From Eledone cirrhosa (taxonomy: Eukaryota): a stretch of DNA of 64,000 bases. Location: positions 112,344,001-112,408,000 of the forward strand of contig OZ024742.1 of assembly GCA_964016885.1 (NCBI GenBank). The letters run 5' to 3'. How positions within the stretch are numbered: the first letter of the stretch is position 1; each line of letters starts with the position of its first letter. The position numbers and the translations under genes were made by a program. Under the pieces are notes generated by a model, which worked only from the letters and a program-made list of their open reading frames with translations, did no database searches and had not been told where the DNA came from. Positions 38,916 to 52,955 of this stretch are shown one piece after another.

Positions 38916-39329
38916 GCATACAGGTACACATACATATATGCACGCATCAGTTTAGCCGTCGTGAGTGAGAAATGAAATTTCGTTTTCATTTTTTTTCAAC
39001 TTATCGTTTTCGGTATGCCTGACCGATTTAACTCACTCAATATGCAAATTAGGCTGCTCAGCCGTTAATTTTCATAAGGAAAGTATATACTTTCGAACGT
39101 TCAACTATCTGGCAGATGGGTAAACGGTGCTGATGATAGCTAACAAGCTTGAAACTAGTACATCGTTCCTGTGTCAGTGTTGAACAAAAAGGTGACGTGG
39201 TTGCCTTAACACCGTGTGGCATAAATTCAGGCTGTTCGCTTTGTTGACAAACAAACGAACAAAGCGGCCGGCGTTATAGTAAACGTCGGCTAAACTGATG
39301 CGTGCATATATGTATGTGTACCTGTATGC

Positions 39330-39415
<86 letters not shown>

Positions 39416-39536
39416 ATATGCATGCTACTGTACGTCTGTATACATATATGTATGTACGTATACATACATACTTACATTTAAGTAAGTGCCATACTAAGAG
39501 TGAGAAATGAAATTTCGATTTCATTTTTTTTCAACT

Positions 39537-39537
<1 letters not shown>
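38804..39537. repeat. Separate diverged insertion of the 468-bp HHR unit (short inverted arm 38804-38960 + ~1.2 units on plus)
   Basis: HHR at 39123-39167; private variants (GCACGCATCAG, expanded internal TA) shared by both arms. Confidence 0.88.
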
Positions 39538-39604
<67 letters not shown>

Positions 39605-39637
39605 CACATTCATATATAGATATGCATATAGATATAT

Positions 39638-39687
<50 letters not shown>

Positions 39688-39690
<3 letters not shown>

Positions 39691-39899
39691 AAGGATAAAG
39701 AGGACGATTGATTATTTCTTCATTGCATTTATTGTAGGTGACGCGCGTTATAGCATTTTAAGAGGGTCCGTCGAGCTGCAGATTATTGTGTCGGGTAGGA
39801 TCGATATATATCGAACCTTGAGCTGAACAGGGGCGACACGCGCGACAACTATCAATAAATGCTATGAAGGAATAATCAAACGTCCTTTTTATCCTTTCT
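39688..39899. repeat. Element with ~60-bp terminal inverted repeats (MITE-like or inverted pLTR)
   Basis: AGAAAGGATAAAGAGGACGATTGATTATTTCTTCATTGCATTTATTG ... CAATAAATGCTATGAAGGAATAATCAAACGTCCTTTTTATCCTTTCT. Confidence 0.7.
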
Positions 39900-40008
39900 A
39901 TATATTACACTCTGTATAGCTCTACACCTCATAACAGAAGGGAACCTAAACATCAAGTGTTCTTCCGGGTGAACCTGCGGTAACTCCTAGTTACACCCCC
40001 TGGATATA

Positions 40009-40264
<256 letters not shown>

Positions 40265-40266
40265 CG

Positions 40267-40420
40267 TTAACGAAAGTTGACGTATGTTGACGCCCTAAGG
40301 ACAGACACTGGTCTGTTGGAGATGCAGGACATGGCTGCGATAATGAGGGACAGAGACCGCTGGAGAGAACTCTTCCATGGATCTCGGGAATTTTACCCGC
40401 CTCAGATAGATAGATAGATA
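40267..40420 (+). mobile_element. RTE 3'-end fragment with (TAGA)n tail inside (TA)n
   Basis: Matches the RTE 3' end at 433-560. Confidence 0.8.
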
Positions 40421-40425
40421 TATAC

Positions 40426-40511
<86 letters not shown>

Positions 40512-40513
<2 letters not shown>

Positions 40514-43320
40514 AGGAGTTTTTAGTTCACTTGAAGCACTGTGTAATGACGTATAAACGTTTCGATATGTATAATAAAGCCAAAACATTGCAGGTATGGA
40601 CATAGAAAAAAATGCAATTGCAAAAGATATTGTTGACAATTCGTCTTTTGCCTTAGATTTATTTTAAACGTCCTTAATTTTCGAGATAATATCTCTTCTT
40701 CAGAGGGAAATAAATGTCTCAAACCAGCGTTCTAAATATCTTGCCAAGCCATGCTGACAGGAAATAGTATAGAGTACCTGTTCCATCTCTAATGTCAAAG
40801 AGTTAAAATTAGGTTTGATAAAGTGTAGTCTCCCTTTAAAAGGGGTTTGTTTAGGTTTTTTTTTTATTTATATACATGCCTGTTTAAGTGTGTGGGAGAA
40901 TGCATGAAGGTGTAAGTATGTGAGTGTGTGTGTGTGTGAGTGTGAGAAGATAAGTCTATTCGTAAATGTGTGGGATAGGTGTTATCTGGTGTTAGAACTG
41001 GTTTTGTGTGTGTATGTGTGAGGGAGAATAAGTGGAGGTGTAAGTGTGTGTGTGTATGGGGCGTGTAAATATGGGGCTAGAAGCCCTATCAAGTTATACA
41101 TTGGGTGTTGAGTTCTTGTCTATTATTGATAGGTGGTAGTGTTTTATCTATAATTAGTGCTTCTTTAATTCTAAGATTGCCGAGGTTTCTTTCCTTAGTT
41201 TCTATCCTAACTGTTATGGTTTTGTCGGTGTTTTTGCATTTAACTAGGTGTTTCTTAAATGAGGAAGCGTTAGTATTGAGGTGTTCTTTTATACTTATGT
41301 GGTGTGGTCTGGTGGTGCTACCTACGTAGAAGTTGTTGCATCTGTCACACTCTAGTCTGTATACGACGTAAGCCTGGTGGCATAGGTCTGTGTCGTTGAT
41401 GGAGCAGTTGGCTAGTCTGCAACAGTTGTCATGTCTGGTGGAGTGTCTTTTGGTTAGCTGTCCGCGTAGAGAAGGACCTGAGTGGGCCAGTTGGATATCT
41501 AGTCTCTCTCGTCTGATGGCTCTGCGGATGGCTGTTGTTGTTTCTTCTCTGAAGTGTGGGAGCTTCAGGAAGCAAGTGTTAGTGCCTCGGGTGTGGTGTC
41601 CTCTGTTCTTTCTGGCACGGTTTGTGGTGGATGTCGTGTATCCGTTCAGTTTGAGTACTTCCAGGAAATGTGTGGTGTGTGTGTCTCGGTCTCCAGCGTC
41701 GGTGCATTTGTTCCGGATAAGTGCCAGTTCGTTCCTTATGTATCCGAACTTGGCACCGAGTGGGAGGGCCGATGTGAAATGTACGAACAGGTCCCTGCTG
41801 GCGGCTTTTTTATAGAAGCAGGTGTGGATGTTGCCTTCCTCTGTTACCCTGAGTTGGAAGTCTAGTAGGGATAGGGATCCGCGGTCATCGGGGTGTTCCA
41901 TGCTGAACTTTATACTGGCGTCCATGCTGGAGAATGTTGTGTATATTTTATCTGCCTCCTCACGGGATGATGTAAGGATGAGTATGTCATCTACATATCT
42001 GGTGAAGAAGGCATGGGAATGGCAGGTGTTGAGGGCTCGGCATTCTAGCTGGTTCATGTAGGTGATGGCCAGCAGGCCCGATAGGCTGGATCCCATGGGT
42101 AATCCTGTTGTCTGTCTGTATGTGTGGTGGTGGGAGGTGAAGTACGTGTTGTCTACTGTGAAGGACAAAAGCTGGTGTATGTCCGTCGGGTGGAGGCCGT
42201 AGCAGTGGATGTCCTCTGCGACCACGCAGTCCGTCAATAAATCGACAGCTGGATGAGCGAGGAGTGTAGTGTAGAGGGAGACAACGTCAAGGCTAAAGGC
42301 GTATTTATTTAGTTTAAGTTGTTCTGGCTAGAGTTGGTGTAGTCTACGTATAACTTCGTCGGAGCTACTGACATGCCCGGGAAAGGTGGAGAGTAGAGGC
42401 TTGAGGACCTGGGAGAGGAGCCAGAAAATTTTGTATAGGGGTCCTTCTATGCTCGAGACGATGGGTCTTATTTGCGTCCTAGTACTATTCTTCTGGGTCT
42501 TGATGAGGTGGTAGAAAGTGGGCAGTCTGCTATTTCTAGTGGTGTAGTTGAGCTTAATTTTATTTGGGAGTTGTCTTCTCCTACAGATATCGAACCAAAT
42601 GGAGTTGGTCTGTTTTTCGATCTGGGCTGCAGTCATGTCCGGGATCTCTGTGTATAATTCATTGTCGCTTAGGTGTTCAAAGGCTAGGTTATTGTATGTG
42701 GCTTGAGAGATGACGCAAAACTCTTTACCTTTGTTGGATGGTAAGTATATAAGTTCCCTATTCCGTAGGTTCTTCAGGGCGAGTTGTTGTGTCCTGGAGA
42801 TGTTTGGGGCTATCTTCTTCTGTTTCCGTAAGATGTTAAATACGGAATGTTTTAGTCTCGAGAGTTTTTCTTCAAGCTCGCGGTTGGCAGGCGGTGGACA
42901 GAGTGGGCGATCAAGTTGGTATATCGGGAATCTGGGTTTGATAGATTCCGTGGTGTTGTTGCCGAGAGTCGATATCCATTTTAGTTGGTAGGTAGCCCGA
43001 CAGAAATTCGTTTCTATGTCGAGCCATAGTTTGTCGTCCAGTCTCTGTTTCAATATGAACTTGGGACCCAGGCTGAGGAGGTCTAATTCCTCTCGGGAGA
43101 GGGATCCTGTCAAGTCTGTCAGGAGGTGTTTTGCGTCAGGTGTGTTGTTGGTCGGAGCACCGGTGTTGGTACCGTCTTGTTCGTCTCTGTTAGTGCTTAG
43201 AGTTGGGATGTTGTTAAGACAGTTGGCTGTCCTGAGTTTAAGAAATTTTTGCGTTAGACGTATTTTCTCGTAGTCTCGGCGATGGTGGTATGACCTGTCT
43301 ATAGTAGCGGAGATGACTCT

Positions 43321-43322
<2 letters not shown>
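40512..43322 (-). mobile_element. Penelope-like element (RT + GIY-YIG), 5'-truncated, single in-frame stop
   Basis: ORFs 42328-43320 and 41089-42237 are in one frame, split by TAG at 42328-42330 (continues YAFSLDVVSLYT). Motifs LSLGPKF, IRPIVS, GLPMGSSLS, RYVDD, LLDF, VVYRLECDRCNNFYVGST, KEALII. Both ends in (TA)n. Confidence 0.92.
40671..40708 (-). ncRNA. Minimal hammerhead in the PLE 3' pLTR region
   Basis: Minus TCCCT-CTGAAGA-aGAGAT ATT ATCTC-GAAA ATTA-AGGA; loopless palindromic stem III would need a dimer. Confidence 0.6.
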
Positions 43323-43392
<70 letters not shown>

Positions 43393-45534
43393 CGGCAAAT
43401 TGAATTCGTTCCGGTTCTCTGAGTTCACAGTCTACTGATGTCAAGTTCTCTTCTTATCTATCTAGGTCGATAAAAAGGTAGCAGTCTAGTTCTTGGGTCG
43501 ATCTGTCTCTCTCTGGAAGAAATCCTCTGTACTAAGTACTGTAGAGGGTGGGCTCCGCTAGGCTTAACATGCCCAAGAAACTCCGTATGGCAAGACGGTG
43601 CCCTTACAACTCATTCAGGAATTACGGGACCATACATATATACATATTGAAAAGTGAACAATAGAAATTCAAATTTGTAATTAAGTTCATATATAATTAT
43701 CAAACTAGTATACACCAATCACGCGTTTCCCATTGATAATTTTGTTATATTTACATACTAGAAATGGAAGCAGATATTCTTTTCTGTATTTTATTTATAT
43801 ATATATTTCTCTTTTATGATTTGTTATGACTGGCTTACTTTTCGAAAAGGTAGCGTTGGTTACAATTATGTGATTCACTATACTGAAACTGTGTTGTGTT
43901 TTCTTTTACAGTCCTATGTTTTCGATCGTTTCTCTAGCAAACATGACTTTCTATTGCAACTTTGTGCTAGCCTCAAGATTAACATTCATCTAGAATCCCA
44001 ACTGATAGGTAAGCCTATTTAAATAACAGTTACCTGGCTACTCTCTACTTACTTCGGTCGAGAGAGTGAGATATAAAAGAAAGAAATTGTGAGAGATTGC
44101 AAAGATAAAGAAATAGTTATATACGTATATGATCAAAAGTAGCACTGCATTTTGTCGAATTACAAATTTGAAAACCCAAGTTTATTTTAAAAAAATTGAC
44201 ATTAGCATGCAAATGGTCATGGTATATATTATTTTATTATTTTTTATTCGCTAATTTGTAATGTAATTATAGTCTAGCAATCTAATTAAATACAATGTAC
44301 GTTAGTTACAATATAAAAAACCTATGTATATTAATACAATACGTGAATGATTAACGTAAAGAAATATGCTAAATTATTCAGATTTAGTTTAGATTATCAG
44401 CATTATTGGAGTAAACATCGAAAAAAACGATTCAAAGGAAAACATTTACACGAACATCTACAAAATTAGTCACTTTGTCATTCTAATAAAAAAATAAAAA
44501 ATCACCGATAAACGAAACACATATATTTATATGGCTCTATCAATAATTTGTATTGTAGGTCGAGGGTACACTTATTAGATATTGAGATAGTTTTTAATGA
44601 CAGCAATAATTAGCCAAACATGAAAAGGAATCGTTTCGTATATCTTTAAAAACATGAAAGTCAATCATGATATTTAAATAACTTTATATACAATTCTACT
44701 TCAATAGAACAATATCAATTTTAAGTCGATTATTTATATATTCAATATTTCTGTTAACATTATGTTTAAAACATTGTTATACTTTTGGTGGGCCATGCTG
44801 TAAAATATTTCATAGAAAAACTATATATTGTTTGACAGGAATATATGATGCATTTTACTTCTTGTTATCAAGTTTTTCAACGATACGTTTTAAACTATTT
44901 CATAAAAAATCAAACGTTTCGTATCCTGTAATAGGTTAATGAAACCATAGGAATTATAATCATTATAACCTCGCCCGCCCTCATTACGCACTCAGTGAGA
45001 CGATATTTGAATATGAAAACAAGCAAAATTCTATCCAGAGTATAGACAATACGTTATTCGTAATCAATTCACTGGACGCCGAATGTGGCAAATTTACACC
45101 ATTGTCTCCGAATATGAACTTAGATTTTGCTAGTAAATACTGATCCGAGACAAGCGTCTGCATTTGTCCGTCACAGATGTTTCACCTGTCAAAAAACTGT
45201 CGAAACCTAATCTATAGAGGATTCATCAATTTATAGTCTTTCCGAATCAAGAGTGGGCTTTAGTGTTTGCTACATGTACTACAGTAATACTTACTACTCT
45301 ACTAAAAGAACAGTCATCCAGCAGCAACACGTGGCGTCATGTCAGTCCGACATAAACAACAGGTTCCACATAACATGAATTGACGAGAATCTCAAAAAGA
45401 ATTTGGAAATGACACTCACACACACACATACAATCACACACACGCACTTACACACACACACACACACATACGCACGCACACGCACACACATGCGCCCCCC
45501 ATATATATATATATATATATATAAAAACGCACTT

Positions 45535-45790
45535 CGGTCATGAATGACCATGTGATAAGCACATAGAAATTTCTCCTCTGAGGCACAATTCTAGGTAAGA
45601 TTGATTGTGGAAGACCAGTAGTCACCCATGTATAACCTTCACCCCAATCCACGCCACGAATATTGTCCAAGGAAAAGGGAATAGCCGATGCAGCTTTACA
45701 CCTGTGACGTTGCAACTCATTTCTACAGCTGAGAAAACTGGAGCAACGTGAAATAAAGTGTATTGCTCAAGAACACAACGCAACGTCCAG
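45535..45790 (-). mobile_element. CORE/Meta-type SINE fragment
   Basis: Minus GTTGTGTTCTTGAGCAA.ACACTTTATTTCACGTTGCTCCAG core; LINE-like tail. Confidence 0.6.
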
Positions 45791-46106
45791 TCCGAGAATA
45801 TATATATATGTGTGTGCGTGTGTGTGTGTGTATAGATATGTATCTCTCTCTCGCTTTCTCTCTCTCTTTCTTTCTCTCTCTCTCTCGCTCTCTCTCTCTC
45901 TATATATATATATAACGAAGGAAATGTGGTAAGGAACCAAGTGGACCATAACGCACCAGAGTACTCGATACTTTGGGTAGTAGAGTGGGTAATAGAATAG
46001 GAATTACCCACTCTATTGGCTATTTCTGGACTCCAGAAATAGCCGTCGAGACGGCTTGAGCTCTGCCGTCGGGGTCCTGAACTGTTTCCTATATATATAT
46101 ATATAA

Positions 46107-46296
46107 GTTATTCCGGGTTGAATCGGAGGTAACCACACTAAGTAGGGTACTTAATACATAGCAGGGTATAAAAAGTTTTAATATAGAAGAGCTACAGGAC
46201 TAGAACTGTTTCATTTGTGAGAAATCACCAGGAAGCTCCTGGTGATTTCTCACGAATGAAACAGTTCTAGTCCTGTAGAAGCTGTTCTATATTAAT
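46107..46296. mobile_element. Small PLE-derived element with head-to-head HHR palindrome (46181-46293)
   Basis: Same family as 6510-6660; two inverted HHRs, both with CTGGTGA core, joined at GGAAGCTCC. Confidence 0.8.
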
Positions 46297-46880
46297 ATAT
46301 ATATATACCAGTATATATCATGTGTTTATGATTGTATGTATGTGTGTTCGGTGCTAGATTTAGAAATTGGGTACATAGAGCGCTTCAGATTTGGAGGGAT
46401 CCTTCATACACAGCAAACATCCAATTGTCGATATCAAAGTTTGTTTGGCGCAAGCAATTGGAATTAAAATATCATACTTATAGGCATATAATTAACAAAC
46501 AAATTACCCAACCTCATTTTACGTCCACCAACTCCATACTGGCATATATTGAACGGCTTGCCATTGTCCGAGAGCGTACATATCGGACCGACATCAGTTT
46601 GTTTATACATTGCTTATTTGGCATGTTTTCTATGGATGGATACTCTTCCTAACATAACCACTTCAGAGTGTTTCCTTGGTGCATTGTTTTTGGCATACAG
46701 CGCAACCACTTTACACAGTTGACGAGGTATATTATGTAACAATTGTCAGGATTTACTGGGTGCATTTTATTTTGTCATTAGTACTAAACGGCCATCGCAA
46801 GCGTTCCCTTAAACATTATATTGTCTGCAAAATGGTGGATTGGCAGGCACCATATTTAGCAGCATAGAGTTGTGGCCATT

Positions 46881-47005
46881 TACGTTCTGAGTTCAAATCC
46901 CGCCGAGGTTAACCTTGCCTTTCATTCTTATAGGGTCGATAAAATAAAATACCAGTAATGCACTGGGGTAATTGCTGGCCTTGTGCCAAAAGAAGAAACA
47001 ATTAT
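46881..47005 (+). mobile_element. SINE fragment (Nin-type)
   Basis: TTACGTTCTGAGTTCAAATCCCGCCGAGG (B box)...GGGTCGATAAAATAA...GCTGGCCTTGTGCCAAAA. Confidence 0.7.
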
Positions 47006-50000
47006 ATTGTCTGCCTAATACTCTAGCTTCCGATCTCTCACCAAAGTTACTGTTACTGTCCCACTGCATGGAATGTTGGCCATGCCTTTTGTATTATGGT
47101 ATGTCATTAATGATCTCCTTTGTCGGGTTCAGTTTGCTCATGTCATTCTTTACAACTTCGTCCCATTTTTTTCTTCGTCTTCTACTTTTAGAATTTGGTA
47201 CACTTCCTTTTCATACAACATCAGTACTCCTTTTGTATCAGATGTCCACTTCAGTTTAATCATCCCTCTCGCACAGTATGTTCTAATAACATTTCCTCTC
47301 TGCTCACTTTTGCTCTGTCGTTCACATTCACTAACATTGTACAGTGGCAAATTGTTTGCTAACACACATGAAAACAGACACATACACACGTACACTTACA
47401 CACACAATGCCAGAACCATTCGAATAAGAATGTTTATGATTTCTTGTAAACAACAACATCAAGTACTTTCTATTAGAATATTGTTCGATGTCTCTAGAGT
47501 TGAGAGAATTTTATTAATTTTACTTCAGTACGGACATTAATAATAAAAAAAAAAAATAGTTCGGACCGTCGCAGTTGGGGCCCTGCTGCTTGTAGTGGGA
47601 AGGGCACCTGTCTCCATATCCCCCATTACATCCGAGTGTCGACGTGCCCGTGTTGTATTATACTTAGAATTATGTTCTAGTAATTTGTCCTTTTATTATG
47701 ATTACATCGGAGTTTTTTTTTACAACACATACTGTTATAATATAATAAGTATAAACGTTACTAAATGGTTTTGTATTTTGATACTTACATTTTATCCATC
47801 ACCAATATTTCTTCTCATGTCTATTTGAAGACGATCTTCTGTATTGCTTCTAATATTATACTTTTCTTTCCTGGTATATTTTTTCTAGAATGTGAAAGTG
47901 TTGCGCATAAATGTGTTCCGAAATATCGTGTTTTCTTCTGTTTATGTAATTCATTTTTTTTTTTTTGCAATAACTTGGTGTGTCCGCAGTCGATGATGTA
48001 ATTAAATAGTCCTGATATTGTTGAAAACGGGAAGTATACTGCTACTATGTTAGCAATTACTTTTATGACAGACAATATTGAAAACCCATATGTTCACGGG
48101 CTTACATGCTTGTGTATTTAAACTGACAACAACATTTTATTTTCAGTGTATTAGTGGTTTACTGCAAAGTCGTTTGTGGTCTATTTATGAGAGTTTTATA
48201 TCTTCATCTAATGTTGATAAATGCAGTGTTTGCTGCGTTGATATACAGGCAGCAGCATCAGAAATAAATGATTATGACTTTACAGAAACATTGCTAGTGG
48301 GTTTAGTAACTATGTTTACTATTTCAAAATCGTATTAAAATAGGGAAGAACTGTATAAACACGAAACTTCTGAAGGTAATTGCGTATTCAAAACATCTTT
48401 CTAAAGAGACCTGTTACAAATTCACAAACACCCACACATTCGTACATGCCTACATATATATATACATACATATATACATATATACATACATGCATACATA
48501 CATACATATGTGTGCGAATGTCTATATGCACGTATGCAGCTTTATAGTTAGTTAATATTACATTTCACTACACTATTCAAGGCTATGTGATAGTCAAATA
48601 TATTAAGTACATCGTCTCAGAAATCATCAGGTCTTAAAATCTAAAAACGTGCCGATCGGTAATTTGCGGAAAAACCATTAGAACACGATCAAATTCTATA
48701 TTATTTATGACCAATGACGACAACTTATATATTTATGTATTTACGTCCGTAGTATCATTGTGTTAATTGTGATTACATATTAATGGAAATATTACAAGTC
48801 ACTGATGAATATTTCTATGGTTGAGTAGGTTTGATGTCCATCACAGTGTGTCTCTCCAGTGGAGTGTATGGAGAATTATAGCCAGTTATTTAAAGGGGGA
48901 AAGTAGAGCTATATATTATGTAAATATATATAAAGGTGTATGGCGTTGACAAAGACTATAATTAATGTTTATAACTTTGGAGAAACTTGTCAACGTTCTC
49001 TTTATCGTGAATAGATATTTTGGAGAAATATTACAGGGAATTGATCATTATTTATGAAGTTGAAGAAGGAATGAAAGTTGCTGTCCGCCACACTGACTTC
49101 GTACGGAGAAAAAATAGAGACTGGTATTACAAACATACGAAGATAGTTAAATCAAGCAGAGGCTCGATCGTCGCAGAAGATCATCTAGAGTTGGGGGTAA
49201 AGAGCTTTAACAAAGTAGTCGGTCAATTGAGTTGTTTTTTTTCTAAATTAAGGTGCAGGCGAGGTTACTTCGCAAGTAGGTGATCTCGGGTTCTGGCCAA
49301 GTCAGAGCTACATTGCGCAAATATATTTTCTCATAACCACAGAGCAGTATCACAACTACTTCTGAGCGGTGTAGTTTGAGGGTTATCGTGTCAATCTGTC
49401 GGTGTGCACACAAGTAAACCCACACACATGCATATAATCCCTTTAGGCTGTCTATAAATAAAACACAATGCTAAACTTCATTCAGATAAACATTTTTACG
49501 AGTAGAAGCATGTGGTTACCTTCGTGTGGGACGGGAATTATCACCGCCCTGAGGAATCTTGAGGCTTGGGACTTTAAATGTGAGTACATATATATATGTG
49601 TCTTTGAGAAAGAGAAAGAGAAACAGAAAGAATGTGTATGTGTGTGTTTCTGGAGAAATAGAGTAAAAAAAATGAGGACCAGTATCTAGGCGAAAAGGAG
49701 TGAGAGAGTTACCGCCATAATTAAATTTGGTATTTCTGCTAAAATTGTTAAAATAAATAATGTCTCCCATCATTCATGCTTAGAAAGTATTTTGTCAAAA
49801 TGTTCATCCGATACATACCGACACTATTATTGCAATAAAATGGGATGATGCGCAAATGTATTACTAATACTGTGAAATTTTTAATAGAATTACTAATAGC
49901 CCAGTTTGTATATTAGTGGGGAAACAGTATGTTGTAAGCAGTAGATTATTCTACAGCCATTACAGTGATTGCAATATTATGAACCGGAAATTAAGGTAGA

Positions 50001-50971
50001 TAAACAACATAGCCATGAAATGCATAAAAGAATAAATCATTATAAATTATTCTATATATTATCTACTCATCGTGCAATTTGAACACAAGACGGAGAAATA
50101 TATCAAATAAATAGTTTTGAAACCACTTCACTAATTCCGAATTCATAGTTAATATGAAATAAGGGTTTCTCTTAGGAATGAATTTTTAAAACAATACAAT
50201 GTTATAAATATAACGACACGTGTATCTGTATGGGTTAAATACAAGAAACGAATGCGGTAGATGTGGTTATGTATAATCCTGAGTAGATTTCATCAAAAGT
50301 AGAATCAACGAGTTACAGCGTAAAACCAATGATAGAATGCTTGCAAATCTAATATGCTAGGGACTATTGAGATGGCAATAATGAATGAGTACATATATTC
50401 TTGTTATTATTGTGATGCACGTCCAATAATATCATAAGTGATCGTCAAGATTTGAGCTTAGGCTGAAGAAAGTGGTATGGTTATAGTCAGTGACGATCTG
50501 GTCAACTACTCAGCTGGCCTGATGTCAAGTGAGCGCTATTAGTTATTAGTAGGGGAAATACGAAAATGAATAACACTAAAAGTAGTGTTTCATAAATGAT
50601 ATAATATACGAAGCCAGTATGCAGATATGTGGTATAGATACGTATATATTTTGATCTTCTTCTAGTAACTAAAAGTGATATTGTGAGATTTCGAGAGGTT
50701 TTCAAGAAATCTGGCTTCCAGATGCAACGTAAGGCTAAAATGCGTGGCGGAAGGAGATTCCGTATATGTATATTCGGTTATATTTGCAGAACACACTCGA
50801 GCGTATCTATGAATATCTCTGTAGACATGTCAGAACCTCTCTCTCTCTCTCTCTTTCTCTTGTTCTCTCTCTCACTCTCTCTTGTTCTTTATTTCTATCA
50901 TTCTCTCTCTCTCTCTCTCTCTTGTTCTTTATTTCTATCACACTCTCTCTCTATCTTGTTCTTTATTTCTA

Positions 50972-51048
<77 letters not shown>

Positions 51049-51676
51049 GGGGGGGGGACTTGGTCATTTGTCAAGATAAGCTTGGAAATAAATAAATAGA
51101 AGTAAATATTAAACTTTAATAATTGATAGAATATCGGTTTTTCTATCAATTATTAAAGAATAATATTTACTTTTATTTATAATTATTTTACACCTACATA
51201 TACACTTAATCAAATATATTATATCGTTGGTATCCAATGATATAAAATATTTAAGTAAGTATATATATATATGTGTAAATTGTAAGTCTCAAAGATAATA
51301 TTTAGAACACAACATTGCAAAAAATAAAAATACGAACAGCTTCGGTGGTGTCAGGTAACATTGCAGATTATATAATTGTATAATTCGTAATTTTACATAG
51401 AACAGACTGTTCAGCGTTCAATCTCGTCACTTGAAGCTCTGGCTATAACTTCCTTTGCTTTAGCCATGCTAAAACTACCGCTCGCGTCGGAAGCTCTAGC
51501 AGTTGCTTTGGGACTATAGCCTCCTTCGGCTTAGACGTGGTAAAAGCACCAATTGCCTCGGAGGCACTAGCATTGTGAGTATGAAAATCATCAAGTACAC
51601 ATATTTACACAGACACACAGTCACAGAAACACATACATGCATACGCATTAGCACACATATATGCATGATGATTTTC

Positions 51677-51727
51677 GGCTTCCGGATGATTTCTCCCGAA
51701 TGAAACTCTTCTAGTCCTGTAGAAGCC
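51677..51727 (+). ncRNA. Degenerate hammerhead (6589 family)
   Basis: GGCTTC-CGGATGA-TTTCTCCCGAAT-GAAAC...CTAGTCCTGTA-GAAGCC. Confidence 0.6.
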
Positions 51728-51750
51728 AATTCTATGTTAAATTTATACAT

Positions 51751-51837
<87 letters not shown>

Positions 51838-51933
51838 TATACATATATTATATATACATATATATTATATATATATCTATATATATATATAGGTAAATAT
51901 ACACGGGTGTGTATTATTGTGTATAGAATATTA

Positions 51934-52315
51934 TATTAATAAAAGAAATTCCAACTTTGTCTGATTTATTCGTGTTATTTACAATCATTTAAAATGTATA
52001 AATGGTATTAGAATGAAATAGTATGGTAGAATATTAAATGTTAAGTGTTAATTGAACAAGTACTTTCATACTTTCGCAATCTTCAGGTTCAGATTCTATG
52101 GTGACAGTCAAGTTTGCAATGTTCAACTGTTGAAAATTGTAAACTCGACTGTCACCACAGAACATGAACCTGAGGATTGCGAAAGCATGAAAGTACTTGT
52201 TCAATTAAAACTTAACATTTAATATTCTATCATACTATTTCATTCTAATACCATTATAAATTTTAAAGGATTGTAAATAACACGAATAAATCAGACAAAG
52301 TTGGAATTCCTTTTA

Positions 52316-52320
<5 letters not shown>
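51934..52320. mobile_element. Palindromic head-to-head HHR element in (TA)n
   Basis: ~190-bp inverted arms centred near 52128; HHRs at 52053-52091 (minus) and 52165-52203 (plus, CTGAGGA). Confidence 0.88.
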
Positions 52321-52363
<43 letters not shown>

Positions 52364-52756
52364 TATATATAAATCACATATTGACAGTGGTAAACGAAGC
52401 TCATTACTGCTATTTTGAGGATGCGTATATTTCACAAGATCTTTTTATTTGAGAAGGTAAGACATTGTTAATATATTCTATAAACCGTATTTTTTATTTA
52501 CAATCTTAGTCAATTGCATACACACAAATAGAGAGGATTAAAAAAAGATAATATCTAATCAATATATAATTTTAGTTGTGCCTCAGCACCTCTGTCTCTT
52601 CCTGCCACTCAATATTTCACATTGCTAAAGCATCTGCCGAAATCACATGAATAACCATGTAACAAATATATATCATCGAATGAATAATTATGGTGAATTA
52701 ATCCCGTCTTAACTACCAGAGGGTCGGACACCATGCTTTCCAGCATAGTTACGTCC

Positions 52757-52865
52757 CTTTACGGTCTGAATTTAAATACCGTCGAGGTTAACTTTACCTT
52801 TCATACTTACAGGGTTGATGCACTGGAATAATTACTGTCCTTGTGCCGAAAGTAGAAACAATTAT
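52757..52865 (+). mobile_element. SINE fragment (Nin-type)
   Basis: Similar to 46881-47005. Confidence 0.6.
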
Positions 52866-52884
52866 GTGACCCCCCTCCCACCCT

Positions 52885-52955
<71 letters not shown>

